Shown here in pieces: positions 8,865 through 18,657 of a stretch of 64,000 nucleotides of DNA. Each line of letters starts with the position of its first letter. The first letter of the stretch is position 1. This stretch comes from Nitrospinales bacterium. GTDB lineage: Bacteria > Nitrospinota > Nitrospinia > Nitrospinales > VA-1. The notes below the pieces were generated by a model. That model was not told the origin of the DNA. It saw only the letters and a program-made list of their open reading frames with translations, and ran no database searches. The stretch is taken from the NCBI GenBank assembly GCA_965249625.1, contig OZ252246.1, forward strand, positions 1,854,365 to 1,918,364, in the 5' to 3' direction. Both the position numbers and the translations under genes were made by a program.

Positions 8865-10052
8865 GGGCCTGTTGCCCAAACCTTTTGATGGGAGCGTGGG
8901 TTTATAAGGATTATAATTTATCCAGCTAGTTTTTGTTGTTCTACAGTTTTAATCTTTTTTTCCGGGAGTCCTTCCCATGATGAAACGCGAAACCCCGTGG
9001 CAGAGCGTATTCTTTAACTATGCCGTGAATCTTGAAGATCGGATACCTCGAGATCACGAGTTGCGGCAAGTTTCTTCCGTTTTGAACCTGGATTTTATGT
9101 ATGAACAAGTAAAGGATAAGTACGGCCACAATGGAAACGAATCGGTTCCGCCTCCGGTGATTCTAAAACTGATGTTGCTGCTCATCTTTTACAACGTTCG
9201 TTCCGAACGTGAGTTGATGCGTACGCTTCCGTACCGGATGGATTGGCTCTGGTTTCTGGGTTATGGTCTGGACACTGTGATTCCTAATCACAGCGTATTA
9301 TCGAAGGCGCGTTTCAGATGAGGTGAATCAGTTTTTAAAGAGTTGTTCGAGCGAATCGTACACCAATGTGTAGAGTTGGGTTTGGTGGATGGGAAGAAAT
9401 TGTTCATGGACTCAAGCCTTGTCGATGCGAACGCTTCCCGGGAATCGGTGGTCGACATGCATTCACTCAGCGCATTTACATTCGACCCTGAAAGCGATAC
9501 CTATATCTGCCCGGCGGGCAAACGCTTGCGGCTGAAGACCCGCCGGTTAAAAGAGCAGCGTATGTATTACGCCGCCAGAGCAGACGACTGTAATGCCTGC
9601 GAACTAAAATCCCAATGCACACGTAGTGCAACCGGACGCACGATCCAACGGTATGATCGTCAGGACGACCTCGAAGAAATGCGCGCAATGGCAAAGACCC
9701 CAAAAGGAAAACAAGACCTGAAAACGAGACAGCATCTTATGGAACGGTCATTCGCATATTCAGTGCCCTTGGGATTCAAAAGGGCGCGGTGGCGAAGATT
9801 ATGGCGGGTCCAGATTCAAGAATACCTGACTGCATCCATTCAAAACATCAAACGAATGATCCAACACCTGAAAAAATCGATTCACAGTAATGCATTGAAG
9901 GTCGTACAACGATTCAAAAACTGCTTGCAGGCTTCAACTTGGGGAGGAATGAATCTGAGTTTTGGGATTTCAATTTAGAAAAGAAAATTCGTAGGAAATA
10001 CACAAAATCAATATCAGCAACCCTTCACGGCAACCCTTTGGGCAACAGGCCC
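8865..10052 (+). mobile_element. IS5/IS1182-like insertion sequence with 16-bp terminal inverted repeats
   Basis: Left end gggcctgttgcccaaa (8865..8880) is the exact reverse complement of right end tttgggcaacaggccc (10037..10052). T-runs flank both ends (tctttt / ttttct). The element encloses the DUF772-type transposase frames. Confidence 0.75.
8977..9978 (+). pseudogene. IS5/IS1182-type transposase interrupted by in-frame TGA, probably also internally shortened
   Basis: ORFs 8977..9321 (InsH/DUF772-like N-terminus: IPRDHELRQV...PPPVILKLMLLLIFYNVRSERELM) and 9343..9978 (LFMDSSLVDANAS, DTYICPAGKRL, CNACELKSQC, HLMERSFAY...GFKRARWRRLWRVQIQEYLTASIQNIKRMI) are in the same frame. They are separated by TGA at 9319..9321, at a position where relatives as I recall them have Trp (ARFR-W-GE). 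The total of about 330 codons is short for this family. Confidence 0.7.
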
Positions 10053-10200
10053 TTTTCTTGGCTACAAAGTTTCGGGTCTGCCAAAAACCCCCACAGTAAA
10101 ATCCTTGAGCGGAATCATACCATAAGAGGAGGTGATCCTTCGAGGGCCTCAGGATGACGACTAACCCTCTCCCTTATCTGGGAGACCCGTAAACTAGATT

Positions 10201-10282
10201 CGTCATCGCGAGCGACAGAAAGGAGCGCGGCGATCCAGTCTTTCTGGATTACTTCGTCGCCTCCGGCTCCTCGCAATGACGG
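10201..10282. repeat. 82-bp palindromic repeat unit (gtcat...cgag / ctcg...atgac type)
   Basis: The arms cgtcatcgcgag (10201..10212) and ctcgcaatgacg (10270..10281) are reverse complements at 11 of 12 positions. The unit is related in design to the gtcattctga modules of the two arrays. Confidence 0.6.
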
Positions 10283-10348
10283 ATAGAGCAACGCCCCTCA
10301 ATCCCATCGAATAAGCCAAACCCCTTGCGGTCAATCACCCCAGCCCTT

Positions 10349-10387
10349 GTGATATCCTCTCATTAACTTTCATGCCCCGAAGGGGAC
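10349..10387 (-). repeat. REP-like hairpin module M1 (complete copy)
   Basis: The reverse complement reads gtccccttcggggcatgaaagttaatgagaggatatcac, with a CCCC-TTC-GGGG stem-loop and a conserved tail. Confidence 0.75.
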
Positions 10388-10469
10388 TTTTAGAAAGAGG
10401 GGGCAAAACCTACTCAAGCCGAGGTAGCCGATTGCCTGCCAATAAGAGCTATGGCAGTGGGCTTCGCGC

Positions 10470-12293
10470 CTAGCGACGGAGGAATTTTTTCAGGATGTCA
10501 TCCATATCGAACAACAGAGAGATGGGCCGTCCGTGAGGACAGGTATAGGGCATGGAAGTCTGTTCCAGATCGGAGATCAGTTTCCGGATCTGGTCGAGGT
10601 TGAGAGTGTGGTTGACCTTGATGGCGTTGCGGCACGACATCATGATCAACACATCTTCGTATTTTTCGTTGAGGACGTCGTCATGCGCTTCTCTTGGCAG
10701 GGCTTCGAGGGTTTCGCGCAAAAGTTTTTCGTGATCGCCGTTTTTGAGGATTGCCGGGACGGAGCGGAGCAAAAATTCGTTTTTCCCGAACGTTTCCAGT
10801 TCCAGTCCGAGATCAAGCAATCGTGTTAGGTGAGGCGTTAAAACTTCCGTCTCTTCGGGAGAAAGCTCTATAGGGAGAGGAAACAAAAGTTGCTGGATTT
10901 CGATCTTGCAGTTTTTGGCGGCACCGCGAAACCGTTCATAAAGAATCCGTTCATGGGCTACGTGCTGGTCGATGACCAGAATTCCCTGTTTGCCCTGCAT
11001 GATGATGAAAGACCGGTCCAACTGTCCTAATGGCTCGAACTCCGAATAGATCAGGTCGGCAACTGGTGTTGGAGCCTTGTCGAACCAGGTAACCTGATGT
11101 GATGCGGAGTCGACATCGGGTTTCAACATGGTTCTTAAGGCTTGTGACAGATCGCCTCGAACCGGGGGATGCGATTTATCGATCCACTGCGGTGGCTGAT
11201 AGCTGGCTCGCGGTGGAGACGATTGTCTTGATTCGCTCAGAGGGATGTCGGCTTCGTCCCGCGCCGTTAAATCGACCTGCTGGTTTTTTTCCAGAGCCGC
11301 GCGAACACCGTGCGCCACAAACTGGTGCACATCCTGTTGAAACGCGAAGCGGACTTCCGCCTTGGAGGGATGGACATTCACATCGAGCAGTTTGGGGTCC
11401 ATCGTCAAATACAGGAACATCGCCGGGTGTTGCCCTTTCGGCAACAAATGGCTATAGCCCTGCTGGGTGGCATGCAGAATAACTTTGTCCCGCACAAAAC
11501 GTCCATTGATGAAACAATACTGGGCATTTCTATTAGAGCGGGTATAAACAGGGCTCGAGACAAATCCTTTCAACTGGTAGTCCCCCGACTCAACTTCAAC
11601 TTCCAGTAGAGATTTGCCAAGGTCGGGCCCGAACAACTCGGCAATGCGGTAATGCCATTGATCGGTGGGCAGGGTGTTGATCACCTCGCGTCCGTTATGG
11701 GTTAGGTGAAACTGGATATGGGGACAAGCCAGTGCCTGTTGTGTGACCACCTGGGTGATGTGAGAAAATTCTGTCGAATCCCCTTTCAGGAATTTACTGC
11801 GTGCGGGGGTCACATAGAAAAGCTGGGCCACCTCAAGCGTCGTTCCCTGGGGGCAGGCCGCATCCTTTTCTTCCAGAACCTCTCCCCCTTCTACGACGAT
11901 CAACCTGCCGCCTTCACTTTCGCTGCGGGCACTGGTGCAACGCACTTTAGCCACGGACGCGATACTGGGCAGGGCTTCGCCGCGAAATCCTAACGACTGG
12001 ATGCTCTCAAGATCTTCGAACCGGGAGATTTTGCTGGTCGCATGACGGGAAAAAGCCAGACTGCATTCTTCCGGCACCATACCCATTCCATTGTCCATAA
12101 TGCGGATTTTCTTTTTCCCGCCGCCCTCAATATCCAGCCGGATCAGGGTCGCCCCGGCATCGATGGAGTTTTCAACCAGTTCCTTGACCACGGAAGCGGG
12201 ACGTTCCACCACTTCCCCGGCGGCAATCTGGCTGGCGAGGTCATCAGAAAGGACGCGAATTTGCGGGTGTGCTTTTTGAGAGGAAACAGACAT
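10470..12293 (-). CDS. mutL: DNA mismatch repair protein MutL
   Basis: The N-terminal GHKL ATPase carries IAAGEVVERPASVVKELVENSIDAG, MDNGMGM and GFRGEAL. The C-terminal dimerisation domain carries DQHVAHERILYE and the tail TCPHGRP. Confidence 0.95.
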   Translation of the reverse strand: MSVSSQKAHPQIRVLSDDLASQIAAGEVVERPASVVKELVENSIDAGATLIRLDIEGGGKKKIRIMDNGMGMVPEECSLAFSRHATSKISRFEDLESIQSLGFRGEALPSIASVAKVRCTSARSESEGGRLIVVEGGEVLEEKDAACPQGTTLEVAQLFYVTPARSKFLKGDSTEFSHITQVVTQQALACPHIQFHLTHNGREVINTLPTDQWHYRIAELFGPDLGKSLLEVEVESGDYQLKGFVSSPVYTRSNRNAQYCFINGRFVRDKVILHATQQGYSHLLPKGQHPAMFLYLTMDPKLLDVNVHPSKAEVRFAFQQDVHQFVAHGVRAALEKNQQVDLTARDEADIPLSESRQSSPPRASYQPPQWIDKSHPPVRGDLSQALRTMLKPDVDSASHQVTWFDKAPTPVADLIYSEFEPLGQLDRSFIIMQGKQGILVIDQHVAHERILYERFRGAAKNCKIEIQQLLFPLPIELSPEETEVLTPHLTRLLDLGLELETFGKNEFLLRSVPAILKNGDHEKLLRETLEALPREAHDDVLNEKYEDVLIMMSCRNAIKVNHTLNLDQIRKLISDLEQTSMPYTCPHGRPISLLFDMDDILKKFLRR

Positions 12294-12751
12294 GAAAATC
12301 CTTCAGCCCCACCAGTGGGGTTTTACTCCCCATGACTCGGCTATGTCTTTTAAAATAACTCTTTATCAGGATACTCCATCCGCTTGCGGCGGGATTGTCG
12401 CTCTGAAGCCCCAATCAATTTTTTAAAGCAATTCGGAAACGATTGCAAGTCAATTGGTGATATGATGGTACCGATGCAATACGGAGACGCCTCGTTGGAC
12501 AATCATTTCTTCGAAAAAAACCTCCAATCAGGGAAAAAACAACTGTCGGTAAAAAGCACTCAGGAGAATCCCCTGCTCACCGACCAAGTCATGTATAGTT
12601 ATTTACGAACACTGGAATACATCATCCAGGCCAATTCAGCTACCCGTGTTTTTAACTTTTATTCACACGGTGCTGAAATTAAACAGGCATCGGTTTCAGG
12701 TTCGGCGAACAAATTAAAGTGCCGGGCTTTTTCCCCAGTGACCTGAGAGCC

Positions 12752-13351
12752 ATGTCACCTTTCACAAAATACCTGCCCCATCTTGGCGTAACCGCCTTCA
12801 TCGTTTTTCTTACAGCGGATTATTTTCCTCCAGCCGAGAAACCTGCCTCACTCAACCCGGGGAATCTTCAAAGCATGGCAGAAGGGAGTCATAAGGAAGG
12901 CAGTAATTGGAGCAATCTTTCACAGGAAGGGCGGGAACATCGAATGGCAATTTTCCATTACAACGAAGGAAATAAGTTTTATAGGGAAGGGAATTATGCC
13001 GAGGCCATCATTCGCTACGAAAAAGCCATGCACCATAACAAGGGATTTAAGGAAACCCTCATTAACCTGAGCACCGCTTATATGAAAAACAAAGTGTTCG
13101 ATAAAGCACTGGAAACACTTCAGACGGGTCAAAAGAAATTCCCGCGGGAACCTCTATTCGATTACAACTTTGCCTGCTATTATTCTTTGACGGAAAGCCT
13201 GGAACCAAGCCTCTCAGCTCTTAAACAAGCGGTAGGAAAAGGGTTCAAACAATTTAAACAAATGGAAAGCGACTCCGATCTTAATAATTTGAGGCAATCG
13301 GATGAATATAAAGTCTGGAAAGAAAAGATACCCTCTGCGACCGCGACCTGA
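12752..13351 (+). CDS. TPR-repeat protein with N-terminal hydrophobic anchor
   Basis: I moved the start to ATG 12752 (MSPFTKYLPHLGVTAFIVFL). TPR-like helices include YNEGNKFYREGNYAEAIIRYEKAMHHNKGFKETLINLSTAYMKNKVFDKALE. Confidence 0.7.
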   Translation: MSPFTKYLPHLGVTAFIVFLTADYFPPAEKPASLNPGNLQSMAEGSHKEGSNWSNLSQEGREHRMAIFHYNEGNKFYREGNYAEAIIRYEKAMHHNKGFKETLINLSTAYMKNKVFDKALETLQTGQKKFPREPLFDYNFACYYSLTESLEPSLSALKQAVGKGFKQFKQMESDSDLNNLRQSDEYKVWKEKIPSATAT

Positions 13352-13353
13352 TT

Positions 13354-14514
13354 TTACGACTCCGTCAAACGAACCTGGCCGGATGGGTCAATCCTGAGTC
13401 CCACCTTGCCACTCAACAAAGAAAACATGGGTGTGCCTATTAATTCTTTCCTCCACCCCTGAAACAGAAAGTGTTCTTCCATATCTTCCTTTTGTTCAAA
13501 GTGGGCCACAAAACTGTGAATCTGCTTTCGGTCTGCCAAAACGCTCGGCTCAATTTTCAATTCTTCAGACCGAATCTGCACATAAGCCGAAAGCAACTCC
13601 TCCACTCCCCGGGTCGTGGCATGTCCATTGCTTTCTGGGAGAACCGTAAGCTCCTCCTCCGGAATTTTCATAGCCTTTTCAATCGCAGACAAAATGGCTG
13701 CCCCGCCTTTACTCAGTTCCTTTTGGTAAAAACCACGAATTCCGGATAACGCTTTTGGGTCCCTGGGAATTTTGCGGGCTATTTCCAGTAATGTTTCATC
13801 CCGGATGATGGCCTTGGCCAGACAATCTCTCTTGACCGCTTCCCCTTCCCGCCAGGCAGCGATTTCTTGAAGTACCGTCAGGTTCCTGGGCTTCAAGCTA
13901 CGCAGGTTTTTAATTTTCATGAATCGTTGTCGTGGGTCGGGCAAAGCAAATGTTTTGGGGTCTTCCCAATTCTGAACCTCACCTTTCACCCAATCTAGAC
14001 GATTCATCTTTTTCAATCGCTCAATCAGTTTGTTGTACACCGGAACCAGATAGCGGACATCGTCAATGGCATATTCAATCTGGTTATTACTTAAAGGGCG
14101 GCGACACCAGTCTGTATAGGTTTCTGTTTTATGAATCTTTTTTCCTATAGCTTTATAGACAATTTTTGCGAAGGAAATCTGAGTCCCCCATCCCACCAGG
14201 GCAGCGGCGATCTGGGTATCAAACACCGGAGGAATTACCTGGCCGCAGAGGCGCACCAGAATTTCAAGGTCCTGTCTGGCAGCGTGAAAGATTTTTATTT
14301 TTGTGGGATCTTTTAACAACTCCAGCAACGGAGTCAAATCCGAAAGCAAAACAGGGTCGATGGCGGCAAAGTGCTCTCCGCTACCCACCTGAATCAGCCC
14401 GGTACGGTGAAAATAAGTTCTTTCCCGGACAAACTCAGTGTCTACCGCCAGAATTTCAGCAGACTGAAGGCTTTCACAGAATACTTTTAACTGGTCCGCA
14501 GACGTGATGTACAT
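13354..14514 (-). CDS. rnd: ribonuclease D
   Basis: The DEDD 3'-5' exonuclease motifs are LAVDTEF, IFHAARQDLE and YAIDDVRYL. An HRDC-like region follows (VLQEIAAWREGEAVKRDCLAKAIIRDETLLEIA). Confidence 0.9.
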   Translation of the reverse strand: MYITSADQLKVFCESLQSAEILAVDTEFVRERTYFHRTGLIQVGSGEHFAAIDPVLLSDLTPLLELLKDPTKIKIFHAARQDLEILVRLCGQVIPPVFDTQIAAALVGWGTQISFAKIVYKAIGKKIHKTETYTDWCRRPLSNNQIEYAIDDVRYLVPVYNKLIERLKKMNRLDWVKGEVQNWEDPKTFALPDPRQRFMKIKNLRSLKPRNLTVLQEIAAWREGEAVKRDCLAKAIIRDETLLEIARKIPRDPKALSGIRGFYQKELSKGGAAILSAIEKAMKIPEEELTVLPESNGHATTRGVEELLSAYVQIRSEELKIEPSVLADRKQIHSFVAHFEQKEDMEEHFLFQGWRKELIGTPMFSLLSGKVGLRIDPSGQVRLTES

Positions 14515-14637
14515 AAATTAACTCGAAAAACTGGTTTAATTCCTATTCAATTCTCAAAATTAGAATTATAGGGGAATCGACTCCAGAAGAATAGGATGAA
14601 AAAAATAACAGAATAAAGCCATTACCGCCCAGAGCAT

Positions 14638-14669
14638 AAAAAAATGGCACAGAGCTTGGCTCCATGCCA
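14638..14669 (-). terminator. possible rho-independent terminator
   Basis: The minus strand reads gtggcatggagccaagctctgtgccattttttt. This is an imperfect stem (TGGCA..GAGC / GCTC..TGCCA) followed by a T7 run, downstream of the transposase fragment ending at 14705. Confidence 0.4.
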
Positions 14670-14704
14670 CTTTATTCGATCAGAGTTCGTTAAAACATTT
14701 TAAA

Positions 14705-15172
14705 TCAATGATCTTCCAACTGATACTCGTCCTTGCCTTTCCATCCAGCGGAGCGGAACGTGCTTTCAAAATCCACCTTGCCCCGGATCACCGCTTGCAG
14801 AGTGGCTCTTGAGCAATCAGGAACGATCCTTGTGTATACGTTTCCATTACGTTTAAGCAACCCGAAGACGATGGTTTTGCCACTGGCTCCGCGACCTCTT
14901 TTTCCTTGAACCCGCCGGGCCCCGAAAAAGCTTTCATCGACTTCGATATCTCCAGAAAATGGAGATTCTATTTCACATTCTTCAGCAATTCTTTCGCGGA
15001 CAAGAAGCTGATATTTATTAACCGGGTTGCGATTTAAACCTGTCAATTTGGCAATCCTGGTCGCTTCAATATCCAGTGAAAAATACTTTAAAATTTCCCT
15101 GAATTTCCTCCTCGAAATCCGGGCACGTTTCAAAGCCGCGTAACTCTTTGTCATAACTGAAGTTTGAACCAC
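14705..15172 (-). pseudogene. IS1595-family (ISXO2-like) transposase, N-terminal fragment
   Basis: The HTH-like region (RRKFREILKYFSLDIEATRIAKLTGLNRNPVNKY) is followed by the start of the DDE domain (IEVDESFFGARRVQGKRGRGASGKTIVFGLLKRNGNVYTRIV). The frame ends after about 155 codons, and the rest of the catalytic domain is missing. Confidence 0.65.
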
Positions 15173-15183
15173 TTTTAATGGCT

Positions 15184-15363
15184 TTAACGAGTCATGAACC
15201 TAAGTTTTTTGCTTTCCCAGTCCGACGAGGACTGGGTCTCCTTATCACTAAAGTCGATCAAATTCTGCTCACCGTTCTTCCAAAATCGGTTGCTCAGCCT
15301 TTTGGGGGATAAAACTTTTTTCAGTTCTCCTTTGGTGTCGAAAATCCTGACTTCATAGAACAT
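15184..15363 (-). CDS. hypothetical small protein (59 aa)
   Basis: My own translation gives MFYEVRIFDTKGELKKVLSPKRLSNRFWKNGEQNLIDFSDKETQSSSDWESKKLRFMTR. It falls below the ORF-track length cutoff. I recognise no homology. Confidence 0.25.
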   Translation of the reverse strand: MFYEVRIFDTKGELKKVLSPKRLSNRFWKNGEQNLIDFSDKETQSSSDWESKKLRFMTR

Positions 15364-15794
15364 AACGCGCCTGCCTCCAAAAAAAAGCCCTCAATACCTA
15401 TTTTCTGGTGTCCCCTGCGCTTACAAAATAAACCAAAAAATAAGATTTACCCTGCAACTAATATTCACTATAAATTCAACATCGATGTTTGTCAAGCAAA
15501 TAAAGCTAATTTTTTCAATGCTTAGACTCAGTTCCTTCTAGTGGACATCAGATTTACCCCTTTATCAATTTAGGCTAAATTAAAAATGCGGTCCTATGAA
15601 GCTCACCTTTATTAATGTTTTTCAGGGAAATTTGGCGGACATTTTAAAAGCTGCCATCGCGAAAAAGAATTTTCGCGACCACATCACGGCTATTCGTGGG
15701 AGGGACTTTTAACTTATTGGAGAAATTGACAAAACTCTATCTACGATATTGGAGGAGGGGGCTGTTTCCACCTATTCCCGGCAATGAAACAGTT

Positions 15795-16388
15795 TCAGCC
15801 TTTATTCTCATAATAATCCAGGCCAGAGTGGTCGATCACTTTTTCTCCCATAATGATCCGCAAGGTATTGCGAAGTTTATCATCCTGATCGAACAGGGAG
15901 TTCACCGGTTTGAGGTAGGGTCTGCATTGGGGCGATTTAAAATAAAACGAAAGCCATTCCTGTATGCCTCTCATTCCCGCCCGTTGCGCCAGGTCGAGGA
16001 ATAACACCAGGTCCAGAACGACAGGTGCCGCAAGAATAGAATCGCGACAAGGAAAATTGATTTTTAATTGCATTTTTTGACCCAACCAACCTTGGATATC
16101 TATATCATCCCAGCCTTCTTTAGCATCTCCTCTTGGAGGATAATATTCGATGCGGATTTTATGGTAGTAGTCTCCATAGAGATCGGGATAAAGATCATCC
16201 TGAAGGATGCGCGACATTTGCGTGACCGACCCAATAGGTTTGCTATGTCCAGAATTCACCAGAAAGACCCCAGCGATAAGTGTCGAACGCACCGCTCCCA
16301 TTCCTGGCAACAAAACTCCCAATTTCCCTTTTGGCGGCGCAATTTTTTTCGCCATGCCGCTATATTTGTCGCTGGTCTCAGTCATCAA
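15795..16388 (-). pseudogene. myo-inositol-1-phosphate synthase remnant (intact frame, central part apparently deleted)
   Basis: The N-terminal Rossmann start GKLGVLLPGMGAVRSTLIAGV...KPIGSVTQM joins directly to the C-terminal MIPS region YHKIRIEYYPPRGD...CRDSILAAPVVLDLVLFLDLAQRAGMRGIQEWLSFYFKSP. The ORF is 197 aa, against roughly 360-400 aa for archaeal/bacterial MIPS as I recall them. The junction is near 16195..16210. Confidence 0.6.
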
Positions 16389-16663
16389 GTCCTACTCCTC
16401 TCAAGTTAGATCATGACTCTAGTGGTTGTAAATTGGTTCAACTGGAAGGCCCTGGCACAAGAAGGAGGTACAACCTTGCGAGTGGCAAACCTGTTGATTC
16501 TGTGCAAGAATGGCACCCTGCAGCCTGTATTGGATAGTTTTTTTCCAATCTAGAGATCTGCAACAAACTGACTTAAAAACCGACCCTCATAAACAAATGG
16601 CCTCTATCGGGTGAGGCTAGCTTTTGTTTAATATTACAATACGTTTCACAGGCTAACAGCCGC

Positions 16664-17878
16664 ATGAACCCCAACACCAACCCTCCAAATTCCGAAGCTT
16701 CACTGCAAAGTACATGTGGCATCCTTTACTTACCGCCTCCTCCGGAACCTTGGGAAACTGCGGAGTGGTATGCATCATCCATTGCCGGCGTACCTTTCCT
16801 TTTAAGAAACATTCTGACTCTTCAGCGTTCTGGACTGCATGACATAACCATCCTCATGGATGCCGGGGAAACAGAAAAATTAACCCTCGCCATTGAGAAA
16901 GATTCTCGCATCACCGCAAAGGTTCATTGGATGACAAAACCCGACCAGCTAAAAGAAACGCTGCAAAACCACCGGGTTCTTTTTTTTAACGGATCTGCTC
17001 TTCACGACAAAAAAGAGGTTCGTTCCCTTCTAGAAACTGAAGGAACAAAAACTCCTGAAACTTTACCCATCAGCAACGAGCAGCTCGAATCATTGATAGA
17101 AAAAATCCAAACGAATGGCGAAAAAGAATCAGGAGAACTCCTAGAAAACACACGCTCCTTTACATATGTACCTGGGATGGAAAAAACCCATGTTCGGGAA
17201 CAAAAAGATTTTAATACTCTAAACAAACGCTTACTTAAAGGTTCCGGCCAAAACCATGACAGCACCATAACCCGACTTCTATCCCGTCCAGTTTCCAGAA
17301 AACTGACCCGCTTTTTTTTGAATACGCCGATTCACCCCAACCAGATCACGCTGTTTGGTTTTGCCATGGGCTTGGGGTCGGCTCTGTGTTTTGCGCAAGG
17401 AACATATCAGACAAACATATTTGGCGGCCTCTTGTTATTATTTTCAACATGGGTGGATGGAGCAGACGGAGAAATCGCCAGATTGAAATTTATGGAAACG
17501 GAATTAGGAGGCAAGCTGGACATTGTTTGCGACAACATTGTCCACTTCTTCGCATTCGGAGCTATAGGCTGGGGGTTGAGCGAGGCAACAGGCGACAAAA
17601 CCTACATATATGTAGGAGGATTGGCCGCATTCGCCAGCTTAACTTCCTTTATGCTTCTGGGCGCATCCCTTCTCAAGAAAAGCTCCAACGCCGCCACTCC
17701 GTTACCGGAATCGCAACCCTCTCTGGCCGATAAACTCGCCAACCGGGACTTCATTCATTTTCTTATGTTGATGGCTTTGATCGATTTGGTGCAAGTGTTT
17801 ATATTCATCGCCGCTGTAGGTGCCACCGTTTTCACCACCTATCTGATTTACCTACGCCTCTCTCAGCGATCTCATTAA
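16664..17878 (+). CDS. CDP-alcohol phosphatidyltransferase with N-terminal degenerate nucleotidyltransferase-like domain
   Basis: The C-terminal TM domain carries the family motif DGADGEIARLKFMETELGGKLDIVCD (D-x2-DG-x2-AR-x8-G-x3-D-x3-D). The roughly 200-aa N-terminal domain sits where IPCT sits in bifunctional IPCT/DIPPS enzymes. It lacks a G-x-G-x-R-L loop and reads ILYLPPPPEPW instead. Confidence 0.75.
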   Translation: MNPNTNPPNSEASLQSTCGILYLPPPPEPWETAEWYASSIAGVPFLLRNILTLQRSGLHDITILMDAGETEKLTLAIEKDSRITAKVHWMTKPDQLKETLQNHRVLFFNGSALHDKKEVRSLLETEGTKTPETLPISNEQLESLIEKIQTNGEKESGELLENTRSFTYVPGMEKTHVREQKDFNTLNKRLLKGSGQNHDSTITRLLSRPVSRKLTRFFLNTPIHPNQITLFGFAMGLGSALCFAQGTYQTNIFGGLLLLFSTWVDGADGEIARLKFMETELGGKLDIVCDNIVHFFAFGAIGWGLSEATGDKTYIYVGGLAAFASLTSFMLLGASLLKKSSNAATPLPESQPSLADKLANRDFIHFLMLMALIDLVQVFIFIAAVGATVFTTYLIYLRLSQRSH

Positions 17879-17882
17879 AAAA

Positions 17883-18605
17883 TTATTTTGAAGAATTGGC
17901 AATCAAATAACTTTCGGCTTGTTTGTACCTTTCAGGGTCATCAATATCGATCCAAAACATGCCATCGACCGGCATGGTGCGTACCCGACCTTCCCGGGCC
18001 ATGATACGAACCCCTCCGGACAGTGAGTCATCCCCAGAGTCCCGCAAAGATTGCTCCAAGGCCGAAAACAAGGCCGGATTGCAAAGAAAGATTCCCGTAT
18101 CAAAACAGTTATATGCCTCAATTCCTTTACCTATATTTTGAATCAGGCCCTTCTCTGCCATCACCCGAGTCACATCATCCAGATCAACCATGGGGTTTTT
18201 CAGATCCTGATCCACCGCCAAAACGATTTCATCATCAGCCAAGGGATAGTCGATCATTTTGCGAGCAATACCAGGATCAAAAAGATGGTCTCCCATTAAC
18301 AGGAAAAAAGGCTCCTTTAAAAATTTCTTTGCTTTAAGCACCGACAAGCCGTTGGCCTTTTCCCAATCGTCATTTTCAATCACCGTGACAGGCACATCAA
18401 TTTTGCCAGCTAAATCTTCAAGAAAAGCGCGAACCTGATCCCCTCGATACCCCACCACCGCATAAAATCCATCCACTCCCGCCTCTAAAGCAGAACAAAT
18501 GACCCGTTCAACAAGAGGAACATCCAAAAGGGAAGCCAGCGGCTTACTGTCGGACAGAGATTTTAAGCGACTTCCTTTTCCAGCGATAATGATTAAGCAT
18601 TTCAT
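17883..18605 (-). CDS. nucleotidyltransferase, CTP:inositol-1-phosphate cytidylyltransferase-like
   Basis: MKCLIIIAGKGSRL, then NGLSVLKAK...FFLLMGDHLFD, CFDTGIFLC and FWIDIDDPE. In my recollection of the A. fulgidus enzyme, these align closely with the IPCT half of archaeal IPCT/DIPPS. Confidence 0.75.
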   Translation of the reverse strand: MKCLIIIAGKGSRLKSLSDSKPLASLLDVPLVERVICSALEAGVDGFYAVVGYRGDQVRAFLEDLAGKIDVPVTVIENDDWEKANGLSVLKAKKFLKEPFFLLMGDHLFDPGIARKMIDYPLADDEIVLAVDQDLKNPMVDLDDVTRVMAEKGLIQNIGKGIEAYNCFDTGIFLCNPALFSALEQSLRDSGDDSLSGGVRIMAREGRVRTMPVDGMFWIDIDDPERYKQAESYLIANSSK

Positions 18606-18657
18606 AATGTTAATGACTCATTTCAGCGAAAAAATTTCTGTCAAAACTAAAAGCATC

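Noticed and set aside
9319-9321. In-frame TGA in the IS transposase as selenocysteine or programmed read-through
   Set aside because: The family has Trp (TGG) at this position as I recall it. No SECIS-like hairpin is evident immediately downstream. A single G-to-A change is the simpler explanation.
12384-12746. 120-aa ORF between mutL and the TPR gene
   Set aside because: It has no recognisable motif or hydrophobic pattern. It lies in a divergent promoter region and overlaps the likely 5' region of the TPR gene. It is kept only as a weak possibility and not listed as a feature.
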